DNA of 58,340 bases, the filler included, from Dirinaria sp. TL-2023a (Eukaryota), in assembly GCA_051941275.1 (NCBI GenBank). It is 7 parts of 7 records of this genome, joined end to end, with 100 filler letters (N's around TTAATTAATTAA, not from the genome) between each part and the next. Parts side by side here need not be neighbours in the genome. Positions count along the whole stretch, not along the records: positions 8,396 to 16,679 come from JAVEBF010001207.1; positions 16,780 to 25,046 come from JAVEBF010001208.1; 5 more parts are not named here. The stretch is one strand, 5' to 3'. The position numbers and the translations under genes are program-made. This document shows positions 11,231 through 22,285 of this stretch, one piece after another (positions within the stretch are counted from its first letter, which is position 1; each line of letters opens with the position of its first letter). The notes under the pieces were generated by a model. That model was not told the origin of the DNA. It worked only from the letters and a program-made list of their open reading frames with translations, and did no database searches.

Positions 11231-11866
11231 ATTCGACCGATAGCGACCGGAGGAGTCCTACAAGCCCAGTGGCACTGCGTTTAGAGCCTTGAGGAGTGAC
11301 CAGTAAGTAAATACGCACGAGGAGGGTAAGGGAAAGGAGAAGGGATTAGCAGGGTATGTACTTGTATCTCGGAGTGAGAAAGAGCATTTGCCTTCAAACG
11401 AAGCATAAATGAGGCTGATAGCCGCCTCTCAGGCATTCCAACCCTCGCGGAATCACTGCGTGTTGTCCTGCTTCACTACTAAGTAAGCTTTGTGATACCG
11501 TTTGACTCAAGATATGTTCGATAAGTTTTCCGATTCCAAAGATTGCGTTGAGTGCGAAGTCTGTGGGTATTTGTTGTGCCATCTGAGGCTCCTCGGGAGA
11601 AAACCCTGGAGACGCTAAATCACATGAGCCAACACTTGGACGTGTATTTCAAACCATGTAAACATAGACGTGTTCCTATTGATTGGCTAATCTGACCTGC
11701 TGACGAGCTACCAATGGAATTTTTATATGAGTGGCTAAACGATAAGCTGAGAATTGAAGTCTTCATATATTTGAAAGCATCTCCCACGCCTTTTAAGCGG
11801 TGGGGACATCTTCACGCTCTCGCCTTGCAGAAATCTTCTACTGGCTAATTTTTCGTCGTGTATAGA

Positions 11867-12060
11867 CAAAGACGATTCATCGCTTCGAAGAACTGAAGCT
11901 AACGTTCAAGAGCTCTCGTCGCTTGCTGCGCGGGTTTCTCTACAGCAATTTTGAAGCCCAAAGAAGATTCATCCTCTCGAAGAATTGAAGCCAACGGTTA
12001 AGAGCCCCTGTCGCTTGCTGCGTGGGTTTTCTCTACAGCGATTTCGAAGCCCAAAGAAGA
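11867..12060. repeat. Tandem duplication of about 2.1 units of 92-93 bp
   Basis: The unit CAAAGA(C/A)GATTCATC...GTCGCTTGCTGCG...CTCTACAGC...GAAGCC starts at 11867 and 11959, with a partial third copy at 12052. Confidence 0.9.
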
Positions 12061-14636
12061 GGACCACTGCGATCATCACAGAGGAGTTATAAAGGATCAA
12101 GTCAAAGAGATTATACAAAAGGTACGGTGGGTGGTGGGCATCGTCATCAATAGCCAGTATCTAGATGTAATGATTTTTGGAATTATTTTGACGTTTATAG
12201 AGGTGCCTAAAGAGAAAACCATGTGGGTGTTCAAGAGATTGAATTTGGAGATGCTCAATATAGCCAGCTGACAGATCAAAGGTAATGAAATGTCTTTCCT
12301 TTCAGAAAGAGCTCTCTTTCCACATATATCACGAAACTATTTCTGTAAATCAGGTGGATTGCTGAAAAGAACTCCCAAACAGTGGTGCGTTACTCAAGAT
12401 TATCAGATATCCACACAAAGATTTCCAAGGAGAAGTCTGAAGTTCATAGAGACAGAGGAAAGAGAATAGCTCACGGCTCAACATTTGAGCCATCATGGTA
12501 TGGCAATGAAGAGTATGATGCCTGAAGAGATTTAAGAAAGGTGGATGAGAAGAGATGGACCTCATTCTAATAGGCAGCTGCTCTGCTTGATATATTGCAA
12601 GAAAGGCTTCAGTGGAAACAGCATTGATGAATCGATTTTGCATACAAATAGCATGGGAATAAAGAGTAACCACAAAGTGTGACTGGAGAAAGAGGAACAT
12701 TGAGAGAAACAGTGATGTCTCTCTGATATCTGTCACCACAAAGTCGAATTAGCGTGAAGCAGCATCCAGAAGAAAACGATTTACAGGAAAAAGTGAATCA
12801 GCACTATGAAGGCATGGCAATTTATTGATTTAGCGGAGAGAATATCACTTGGCTAGCTCTTTATATTTCAAAATTGAGCTGCGTTTATTCTCAGACATAG
12901 TCGTGGATCGTTTAGCGGAACGAAGACGTTGCACGAGACATCGCACAATACATTGCACAGTGTTGGAAGACTTTTGGAGTCTCCTTATTTGTCTCGTTAC
13001 TTTGCCATAGTCATCAATTTTCAGATGGCAAGGTGGTTTAGGAGCTCATGTCGCCAAAGGGTCATCTACCAAATATCAGGACCATCCACCAGAATATCAG
13101 TTCCAATTTCGGGATTGTAGCTTGATAACGTATGTTATTCGCTACTATCGCATATTCAAAGCTTATAGAAGAACGCCTAATAGCAACATGTCTAAGGCGC
13201 TTCAACTCTCAGGTGCAGCCATCTAAAAATGATAAAGGCTAAAGGAGTTGCGACAGTTCTCATAACTCTTTTTAATCAAAGCTTCCAAGTACCAGTGTGT
13301 GTCGACATGATTTTGAGGATATGGCGCTCTTATCTAAAATCCAATATACACCTTCAGCAGCCCGCAAGCTATGTTACGCCCATTGACAAGCCTCGAATCT
13401 TAACAGAGAAAACTTTGCAACCTGCCTGTTCCATTGTAGCGCCTGTGAGGCTTCAGTATCGCCAGCTGGAAAAAAAAAAAAAAAAACTAATAGAAAAAAG
13501 CTTAAGGCTTCATTCATAGAGCTATGACTGTGAAGAAAGAAAAAAAAAATAAAGAAAAAAGGCTTGGAAAGATGCTGGTCCGCTGGACTGAGGCATGATA
13601 GTGAACTGCTAAGCTTCATGACTAAGCGTTCATGACGACGACTTCGCAACCCAGACTCTTTCTCTGCCTCCATGTTGAGAAAAATCCTGTGTTGCTGACT
13701 CATAAAGTACAGTACCTCTCTATGAGCCAATTTGGACTGAACTATGTCTGTCTTTTGTTGCTTGCCTGACTATCTAGTAGCGCTCCAGGAAAACATGAAC
13801 AACAGATGCTCTGCAACACTGGATATACGTGGTAATACCAGTTTCTGGAGCCAAACGTGTACCTTCTAAAAAGGTCGGCTCGCTCTGGATCATAAACTTG
13901 CTTTTGAAATGCTATCTGATTTGATTTGTCGCTTGAACGTCGGCTTCAAGGAAGACCGCATCGATCCGACACGAAGAAGATCTTGGGGTCTGGGTGAACG
14001 GCTGATGTCTCTGTTAGAGTGCTTCCTGGTTGGTCATATCCTTTCGCTCATGACTCAGATATGATAGTGTGAGAGCTTATGCCCATCACGAACACGAACA
14101 AGAATAGCTAGCTTTGAGGTGCTCAGAGATAAGAGCCGACGCAGCAAGAATTCAAGGACGCTTGCTTATGATGTCCAATATCATTTGGAGTCCTAGCACT
14201 GCCCACTCCGGACCCAAGTACTCTTCGGCGAGATGCGCATTCACTCTTCCAACGTGGGTCTCCAACTTCCCTTGTCACAAACATTGGTAGTCATCACCTT
14301 GAGGCATGTACTAGACAGAAGATTTGTCGGAGCTTTATACACATATCGAGATAAGTACACGTTGTAGAAAATGCCAGTCACCACTTTATGTCGCTAGCAC
14401 TTCACGCTTCAAATCGCGATCACTCGAATTCAGCAGACAATGCAAACTCTAAATTGTGCAGGTTTTATAACAACAATCATTAATTGGGGTATCAAACTGC
14501 TCTTTGTTTTTCAAAGGCGGCAGCCTTAACTTTCAAAAGCTCAACACCTTCCTCGATGAAGATTGGTAGAAAGTTGGCCAAAAGCAAAGACAAAGTTCGC
14601 ATGAATGAGCACGATGAACAGGAACGGCCGCGAAGC

Positions 14637-15545
14637 TCATATGTTGTCTGCATCTTCTCGCTCATGTGCCTCCTTCTCTACCAGGAATCCTTGGGCATCG
14701 AATGCCCTATGATCTTCTGCCCAACCTTTCAGCTCCTCGAAATTCCGACAAATTCTTGGAAATCCTGCTCCGAGAAAACCATTGACCGTATCCACCGCAG
14801 GCTCAATTGTTGAATCAGCCGAGCATAAGATACCCTGTCGAATGTAATCAAAACAGTGCGCAACGTGTGGCTTTCTTTCTTTTCCAAGGTCAAAGTCCTC
14901 TAACTCCCCGTCTTTTCTATTCGAATAGTACGCTCTTCGGACTGTGTACTAATTTGTTTCAGCTAAATCTCGCGTGAAAGGATACGCCAAACTCACAAGA
15001 CAATGCAGCTGGTGAAAGGCGCTGAGAACCGACGTTTCTGAAACTATGTCCGTGTTCTTGATATAGCCCAGGCCATCTACATTGGAATTTCAGAAACAGT
15101 GCCTTTAACGCTGATAGGATGTCACACTCACTGGGAATCATCGAGTCCCATATAGGCTCCCTCTCTCCATCTCCTGGTGGAGGTGTGGCAAAGCTGCTGT
15201 TATACTGGAAAGTCTTTCTAGAGGCGCTGATTGGTACTTATTAGACGAGTTAGCACCTTGAAGCAGCGACACTGCAAAATCTGGGTTTCTACCTCGAGCT
15301 GCCACATCCGAAGAAGAACTTGTCACGCCACAGTTGTTACTCCGTAGTACACCAAAAACATATCCAGTCACACCGGCGACAACAATGAGTATTGCAGAAA
15401 GCCCGCAGAACCAATATCGCGACCATTTCAAGCTCTTGGTGCGGCAGTCAAGTTCTTCTTGAAATGATTTCTCGGCAATTTCGCCATCCACTAACCGATC
15501 GTAATCCTCTGTTCTATGATGGGACCCCGCGAAGATTTTATACAT
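14637..15545 (-). CDS. UstYa-family (DUF3328) oxidase, 249 aa, 4 exons (15545-15293, 15236-15132, 15076-14997, 14948-14637)
   Basis: The spliced length is 750 nt, in frame and without internal stops. It has an N-terminal TM helix (WFCGLSAILIVVAGVTGYVFGVL), WDSMIPNGLGYI, two HxxHC motifs (FHQLHCL and HVAHCFDYIRQGILCSADSTIE), and CRNFEELKGWAEDH. Confidence 0.93.
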
Positions 15546-16578
15546 GGCTGATTGTCATATGCTTGTCTTGATCTTAATAAGAATGCAACGATGGACATTC
15601 GAGCTTACATGGTAGGAATCACCTCTGTAACATTACCTCAGCAGACCAGGCTTACACAAAGCAATACAGTATCTTTTGCCAATTCAAGGCCATTCGCCAT
15701 GCTTCCCAGCCTTAGACTCGGCGTCTTCTAGAAGCCTATTTGGAAGGAGCGTGCATGATCAAGCCATGACACCATGCTGCATCTAACCCTACCTATTGGC
15801 TCGCTATCACTATACCCGCCGAACTAAAGCATCCATGTCCACATGCATTCTACATTAGGCTACACAACATCATCCTCCTTAGCGTTACCACCACCAAACA
15901 GGAACCGTCCTACGAAAACTCATGAGGAATTCCTTTAGATAACGTGTATGTACAATGTACGGATGCGTTGTTCGAGGAGGAGCATTGACTCATCTGCGAC
16001 CCGTCAATCCGTCCAACCATTTCGTCCATATGATGGACCCCTCTCTTCTATGCAAGCCATCAACCGTGGCCAGCGACCTAATATGGATGGTTGCTCGAGA
16101 AATCACTGCGACCACAATCCTCTTAACCTATTCTCCTCCCACCTAATCGGTAGTGGCTGCACGTTGAACCCCATGGATTGGGTCACACTGGTCAGAAACG
16201 CAGTGAACAAACTCCAAGTCCGTCAAAGTGCTGTAACCAACCAGGCAAGTCCGAGGGCTAGAAGTTCTAGGCCGAAAATCAAGGAATACGCAGTATGACA
16301 TCGGATTAATCAAATATAGTCCGGTGAATTGAGGAGTATCCCGGACCGAGATCGTCGATGACGCATCTATCACGCACGCTTCGAAATAATCGACGAGATC
16401 GTGTAATTCCCCGGGCGGTATATCAATAGCGAAATGCCAATCCAGCTCCCCAAAAAAAAAGACCCTGAATTCTCCACCGAATCTGTGACTCTACTCAATC
16501 TTCAACCAATATCACAAACCCCCACAGTCCTGGAAAACAAACGAAACACCTTCAGTTTGAATTAAAGAAACAGAAACA

Positions 16579-16679
16579 ATGTATTTCCTCCGCGCACCTA
16601 TCACGTTACCACTCCTCCTCCTCGCTTCCTCAACCCTCACAGTCATCGCTTCACCTCGTAAGTTCCCCCACTCTTTCAC
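16579..16679 (+). CDS. First exon (signal peptide) of a secreted protein, truncated by the contig end; candidate RiPP precursor
   Basis: AAACA-ATG start; MYFLRAPITLPLLLLASSTLTVIASP (hydrophobic core, likely VIA|SP cleavage), then a consensus GTAAGT donor at 16658. Confidence 0.7.
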
Positions 16680-16779
16680 NNNNNNNNNNNNNNNNNNNNN
16701 NNNNNNNNNNNNNNNNNNNNNNNTTAATTAATTAANNNNNNNNNNNNNNNNNNNNNNNNNNNNNNNNNNNNNNNNNNNN
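16680..16779. other. Artificial contig-joining linker
   Basis: N44-TTAATTAATTAA-N44. Confidence 0.99.
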
Positions 16780-17128
16780 AGAGACAGAGAGAGTGTGTGT
16801 AAACGAAAGCAGGGACAAGAAATGGAGGATATGGATAGAGAACGACAACACAGAAGAATTCACTCAGTAATTTCTTCATCGAGTTCGAAATAGCAAGAAT
16901 TTTCTAATCTAAACTACACCTTATCCCAAGGATATGTGTACATTCATCCCCAGAATCTGAAGAAAAGAGTGTCCAAAACCCCCCCTCCCCCACAGTTGTA
17001 CATTCAAAACCAGAAACCAAAACAAACAAAAACTTTTCAAAGCCATTACCAATTATCGCACATCGAAAGTAATGAATGTATGCATGCATACAACCCTGCT
17101 AACCCCCTACCTAATCAACTTTCTTCGC

Positions 17129-18562
17129 TTAAGCCTGGAAAGCCTTGCCACCGGCCTTAGCACCGAAGATCTTAGAGCGTTTGTTCTTTTTGCACATCGT
17201 GGAAGTGGCATTACCACTTCCACCTGTAGGCTGCGCCACGGGCGTTGCGGTGCCCGAAAACGTGCGATCGCTGAGGCTGATCGTTGGAACGCCCGGCTCG
17301 GCGGACTTCAGCGCCGTTGGTTGGACAATCTTGGTGCTTTTGGGCAACGTCACCATTTTGGTCGATTTGGCCGCGACTGGAGACGAAGGAGAAGAGGCTT
17401 GCACAGTCACTGTCACCTTGTCGGTCACGGTTTTGGCTGCCGGAGGGGAAGCTGCAGCCGGTGGTGGAGCCTGTGGTGCTGGAGCTGGGGCCTGTGGTGC
17501 TGGGGCTGGAGCCTGGGGTGCTGGAGCTGGAGCTTGTGGTGCTGGGCTAGCGGCTGGAGCTGGAGGAGGCGTCGATGCAGCCGGGGCTGTGGTTGCTGCT
17601 GCTGGCTCACTATTCGCGTTGCCGGAGCCTGCGAGTTTCTCTCCAGCGGGTAAGGCGGTTGGTGCGTTGAGCGGCTTTCCAGCTGCGATGGCAGAGATCT
17701 GGCCAGCGACACCGGCGGAGTCGAGGTTTTGGCCTTGTTTGAAGCTTATCGACGACTCTGCCTTGTTATTCGAGGCTTGGCCATTGACGTTGATGTCCAT
17801 GCAAGTGGTGTAGAATTCCAGCTTTCCGTTGGGAACGCCGGGAGTCCCTGGAGCCGTCGGCCAGTTCCAAACCCAGTAAAGTGTATAAGGCTTGCCGGAA
17901 GGAGCGTCGGTAGGGAGCTGGAGGTCGTTCTGACACCACAAATCGGCTCCCATGGTCTGGTCTGCCGTGTGGGCGTCCTGCTTTTGGCGGCTTTGTGAGA
18001 TAGCGCCACCATTGACTTGGTAACACTGGCCATCATCATAGTTGAACGTGGCCAGGAGTTTGCCTTTTTTGTTTCCTCCGCTTCCATCCGTATTCCATTT
18101 ATTGAAGATGTCGAGGAATTTGTCATCTGGGGAAGATTGAGTAGTTCCATAGACATATATCGTACCGCGGTTCTCCGGCTTTCCGGGTTGATTTTGGGGT
18201 AGTGTGACGTGGCCGTTCTCCTGGTAGCGGAGAGCGACCATGTCACCGGGAGCGGCATTGAGCCTAGGGCTGCCAGCAGTCTGAGTTTGCTGTTGCTGGT
18301 GGCCCGGGAAGCACATTGTGTCGGATGGCAGGACACCTTGAGTCGGATCACGGCCGTCGGGAGGGAGGAGGTAGACCATGCTCTTGTCAACAGCGGCATT
18401 GCCCTGTCGCTGGACATTACCGCGTGCGAAGCCAGGGGCGCCAGTGAAGGTACCGTTGGGAGCGATGACATCGAGTTGTTCGATCCACGAGTGTGCGGAG
18501 GCGGAGGCGGAGAGAAGAGCCAACGCCGCCAGGGCGTTAGCTGCTGTCTTGAGCGAATGCAT
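17129..18562 (-). CDS. Secreted LPMO-like protein with N-terminal His and Pro/Ala/Thr-rich C-terminal region (477 aa, intronless)
   Basis: ATG at 18562; the signal peptide ends ...SASASA|HSWIEQ. Other motifs are YQENGHVT, four Cys in the globular domain, and YTLYWVWNWP...EFYTTCMDI, which resembles the last strands of LPMO-fold proteins. The ORF is well supported; the LPMO-like label is inference. Confidence 0.8.
   Translation of the reverse strand: MHSLKTAANALAALALLSASASAHSWIEQLDVIAPNGTFTGAPGFARGNVQRQGNAAVDKSMVYLLPPDGRDPTQGVLPSDTMCFPGHQQQQTQTAGSPRLNAAPGDMVALRYQENGHVTLPQNQPGKPENRGTIYVYGTTQSSPDDKFLDIFNKWNTDGSGGNKKGKLLATFNYDDGQCYQVNGGAISQSRQKQDAHTADQTMGADLWCQNDLQLPTDAPSGKPYTLYWVWNWPTAPGTPGVPNGKLEFYTTCMDINVNGQASNNKAESSISFKQGQNLDSAGVAGQISAIAAGKPLNAPTALPAGEKLAGSGNANSEPAAATTAPAASTPPPAPAASPAPQAPAPAPQAPAPAPQAPAPAPQAPPPAAASPPAAKTVTDKVTVTVQASSPSSPVAAKSTKMVTLPKSTKIVQPTALKSAEPGVPTISLSDRTFSGTATPVAQPTGGSGNATSTMCKKNKRSKIFGAKAGGKAFQA
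17466..17549 (-). repeat. Coding minisatellite, about 4 x 21 bp (APAPQAP)
   Basis: GGAGCCTGTGGTGCTGGAGCT-like units in tandem, encoding the Pro/Ala linker. Confidence 0.85.
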
Positions 18563-21500
18563 TTTGCGCGTTGTAGGTAACGAGTTTTCTGAACTAGGTA
18601 GAGCGTCCTGCGCGATGTATGATGAGATCACGGAGATCGAGAATAGATTATGAGATGATGTTCTACTTGGGAAGTATTCTTGAAGTGGGTAGAAGTGAGG
18701 TCGTGGGGAAGAAAATCTAGAACTAACAATGCATGGCCAGCATGTAGAGATCTTATAACAAAGCTAGAAAGACAATAGAGAAGTGAAAGAGGGCCGTTGA
18801 GGTTGGGACAATGGCGTCGTCTACAATGGATTGTGATGAAGAGGCAAGTAGGAAAAGGTGTTCCCAACAATGGGCATTCACCGAGGGAAGAACAAAGAAG
18901 AGGTGAACAGGCACCCGCAAAGCTTTGAAACTCGACAATAGCATTGTGATCCAGGTGCACATTCACTGAAGGGTTGAAGGTGGGATCTGTTCATTACTTT
19001 GGTGGGACGGTCACTGGAGTTGTTGAAAGCCAATGGAGTTGGTGGGCGCGTTTGGTGCCAAACGCAGTCGGGGTTCACATCACAGTGGCAATTCATAGCT
19101 GATATCCAGTCAAAGTCTATGTCTTCGTGCAATGGAGAGTCTAGATGCGGCTTCGTGTATCGCAGGCCTAGTGAACTCGTTCAACGATAGGCGCAATGCT
19201 CGACGGCGTTTGGTTGGCGATGTGTTTACGGGTCAACAGAGCTATTGTTGGGTATCAGGAGGCATCCGCGAAATGGCGTGCTTCACTCAACACCAGCTGG
19301 TTCTTGATCTGGATCTATTCCTGTGGCCAGGAAGCGATAGAAGTTTTACGGGGAATGCGCTGTTTGAGGGTTGAGGTTCCATGACCAGTGAAAGGTGCAG
19401 TGCGATCACCAGCTGGGGGTTGTTTCAGGTTGGTTCTATTGGACGATGTTTCGTGTTTCGTGTTTTCGTGTTTCGGATTCGGGATAAATTTCGGGATTTC
19501 GGCTTCTGCCCCCGGTTTCGTTCTTGGCGCCCGAGGTTCGTGACAATAGGAAGCACTCACTGTACCTTAGAAAATGATGTATGAACGAAGACAACCAATT
19601 TCACCCCCTCACCTACCACTTTCTATCGTCAAATCCTTCGGTTGTATCGCAAACGTTCATTAGCTGCTTTGCCATCATGCGGAGCAATCATCGAGACATG
19701 GACTGGCTCCTCCCCATGAAGACTGACCCCTCTACTATGATGGAAGATGACTCCTCTAAGGAGGATCTGTTCATACACAATCTCATCATACATTTCTAGC
19801 TCTCCAATCCAGGCTCTGCAGAAAACCTGGTCATATTGAAATTGTTGCCGAGCACGGTACGCAATGCAATTGGGTTCCTGCGTTGTGGAACACATTACCC
19901 CGACAAGCCGTTCAATCCACGCTTGCCTAGCACCGAGCCCACTCGTCGGTATACCTAACTTCTCGTCTAGCAATGCCTCTCTTGTTCCTGTGCCTCGTCT
20001 CAGTTCCGTTGTGGCAATGCTCCGAAAGTCTCCTCATCGACACCTGATAACGCCAGTCGATCCTCCACCAGCCGCGTCTGTTCTGTGATCTCTCCTTTCC
20101 TAAACGTAGTCTTCCTTTAGGAAGTTCCTCGCTGGCCCGGTGCAAGATAAAAATGGCAGGAACGTTGGTGTGAAATTTTCCTGGAGAGCTAGCGAATGGG
20201 CTTGTCAGTTCTAGGCTCATCGGCGACAAGAGGGGTGGCCCTGTAGCCATCGAAGGGGGCGTCATCGGGCATAACCGTACGTCTGGGAAGGAACGTTACA
20301 CCTGCATGGGCAGGAGAACGGCGGGGACTGATTGCTGTATCAAGATGCAAGGTGAGAATGGGAGATAGCGTGAGCAGATGCTGTTAACGGAGATGTAGAG
20401 TGAGGGCGATCAAGAGAAAAGACGTTCCTGCAGTGAGCACTCTTATCTTGATAATACATGAAGAGCGTGGGGTGGGAAATCATACATATGTATCCTGCAT
20501 GCATGTACCTGCCCTCATGAGGAGAAGCGGCAAGGATATGCACTGCAAAGCTCCGATTGCCGTACAGAGTCACAAGACGCCCTCGCTCGAGATGATCGGA
20601 TGAGCTGTTGCAGAATTACATCGCGAGAGCCTGAACCGCCATCGTCGGCGATTATTGACTGTTTTGATAGCATGAAGCCGCGTGATGGGCTCGTGAAATC
20701 AGGAGCAGTCGTTTGGGAGCCGGCTCTTGAATGAATATTCTCTAGTTGCTGAAGATGGCTTTCGCTCGACAACTCTAGAGACGCAACACCATCCTACGTG
20801 CAAGCCAGGTTGCCTTGTCAAAGGAGAGCAATCCTGCTGGTCTGCTCCGAACCACATTCCAAGGGGCTTCGACATGTGACACTGGAATTTGACGAAGAAA
20901 ACCAGCATCGAGGAAAGGACAGCCTCTGACCGTGTCCAGGACCATGTTTCGACGTCCATACAAACTCAGCACCATTCCACAAAGTAAGTTGCTGGCAAGA
21001 CCACAGAGGTGGAAAGGCGCGGAATAAGAACGTTGAATTCCACAACGCGGCAAGCCTGAAGCTTTTCAGGAGTCGGAAAGTTTCTGTGTCACCGCCACAA
21101 AGGCTGTTCGTTTGGTGCGTCTTACTGCGAGGCTAAAGTATCCTAATGCACAGATGACACCAGCAAAAATAATGACCACCTGGTAAGCGAGAAACCGTTG
21201 GAATTGCCTGGTCGTCCCTGGCCCAAGAGTGGAGAGAGCGCGGAAATAACGCCACGTGCAAAAAGATGTCAGCAGATGCGTTGATTATCATCCTTTTTTT
21301 CATTCTTTGCATTCTCACATACATATTCGGTCGGCTTTATCGCGCTCTTGCAACACCGACGGCTGATCTGGATGTGAGTTGCTGCAGCATCGAAAGCGCT
21401 TGGGAACGAGGATGCAGGACCTCAAGGTAGGGATTCTACGAACAACGGTCGCTTCCCTAATTTCCGTCGTACTCGTACCATCATGAACCAAATATGCCAA

Positions 21501-22285
21501 GGCGCTAGCCGCACAAAGGAGATCCGCCAAGCCCCGCACCACCACAAGATTGAACAAAGCAAAGAACAAAGAACACCAGTTTGAAGGCGTGCCGACTTTC
21601 CAGGTTTTGGGATTCCGGTCGGGTCCTTCCCTGTAGGATAGATCCGCCACTCGGCACGTCACGGCATCGAAGCTTCCTCTTCCTGAGGGCTTGCAGAGGG
21701 TTCGGTACGAGATCTCAGATGCAGCGCTGGATTCGGCGACCGAAAGAGACCGCGACCTAACATGTCCATGATGCCTCTTTCTCGTACCAACGAGCAACAC
21801 GACTGCCCATGAATGGTCAATGGCAGCCATCAAAGCTGCATCCCATGGCCCAATTCTACCTGTGCATGGCCCCCATGAATTCCCACAAGTGGTCTAGCGC
21901 CGGGCCTGGTAGCCTTGGGAGCCTCATGCTAGTTTGTTGCCACCTGCAATAAGGCACTTTACCTCATGCATCAACGCTATTACCTCGAGTTGTACCGGCG
22001 GTGTGTAGCGTACCTGCCTTTAGGTACATGTACCTTCCCTACCTTACTGTACAATACCTTAGAGTCTCCATATACCTTAGCGTTGATAGTGGATACCTTA
22101 TTGATGATGATGACGATGACTGTGCCACGCGGTCCCCAGTCGTGGAGCTCAACCTTCCGTGGCTCGTCCACTTTCACCCATGCTGAGCCGGTCATTCAAA
22201 TACAGCTTCCGCCTGGTCTCCTTTCCATCCATTCTTTCTCCCTCTCTCTGTCTCCTGCGTTAATATCTAATAGTCCCTTCCCGTC

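Noticed and set aside
17072..17813. Gly/Ala-rich and Trp/Cys-rich ORFs on the + strand (WCWSWGL repeats)
   Set aside because: They are antisense read-outs of the Pro/Ala minisatellite in the real minus-strand gene.
18600..22250. Many 60-170 aa ORFs between the LPMO-like gene and the laccase
   Set aside because: They overlap on both strands, lack motifs and consistent splice structure, and are compatible with chance ORFs in a long promoter region.
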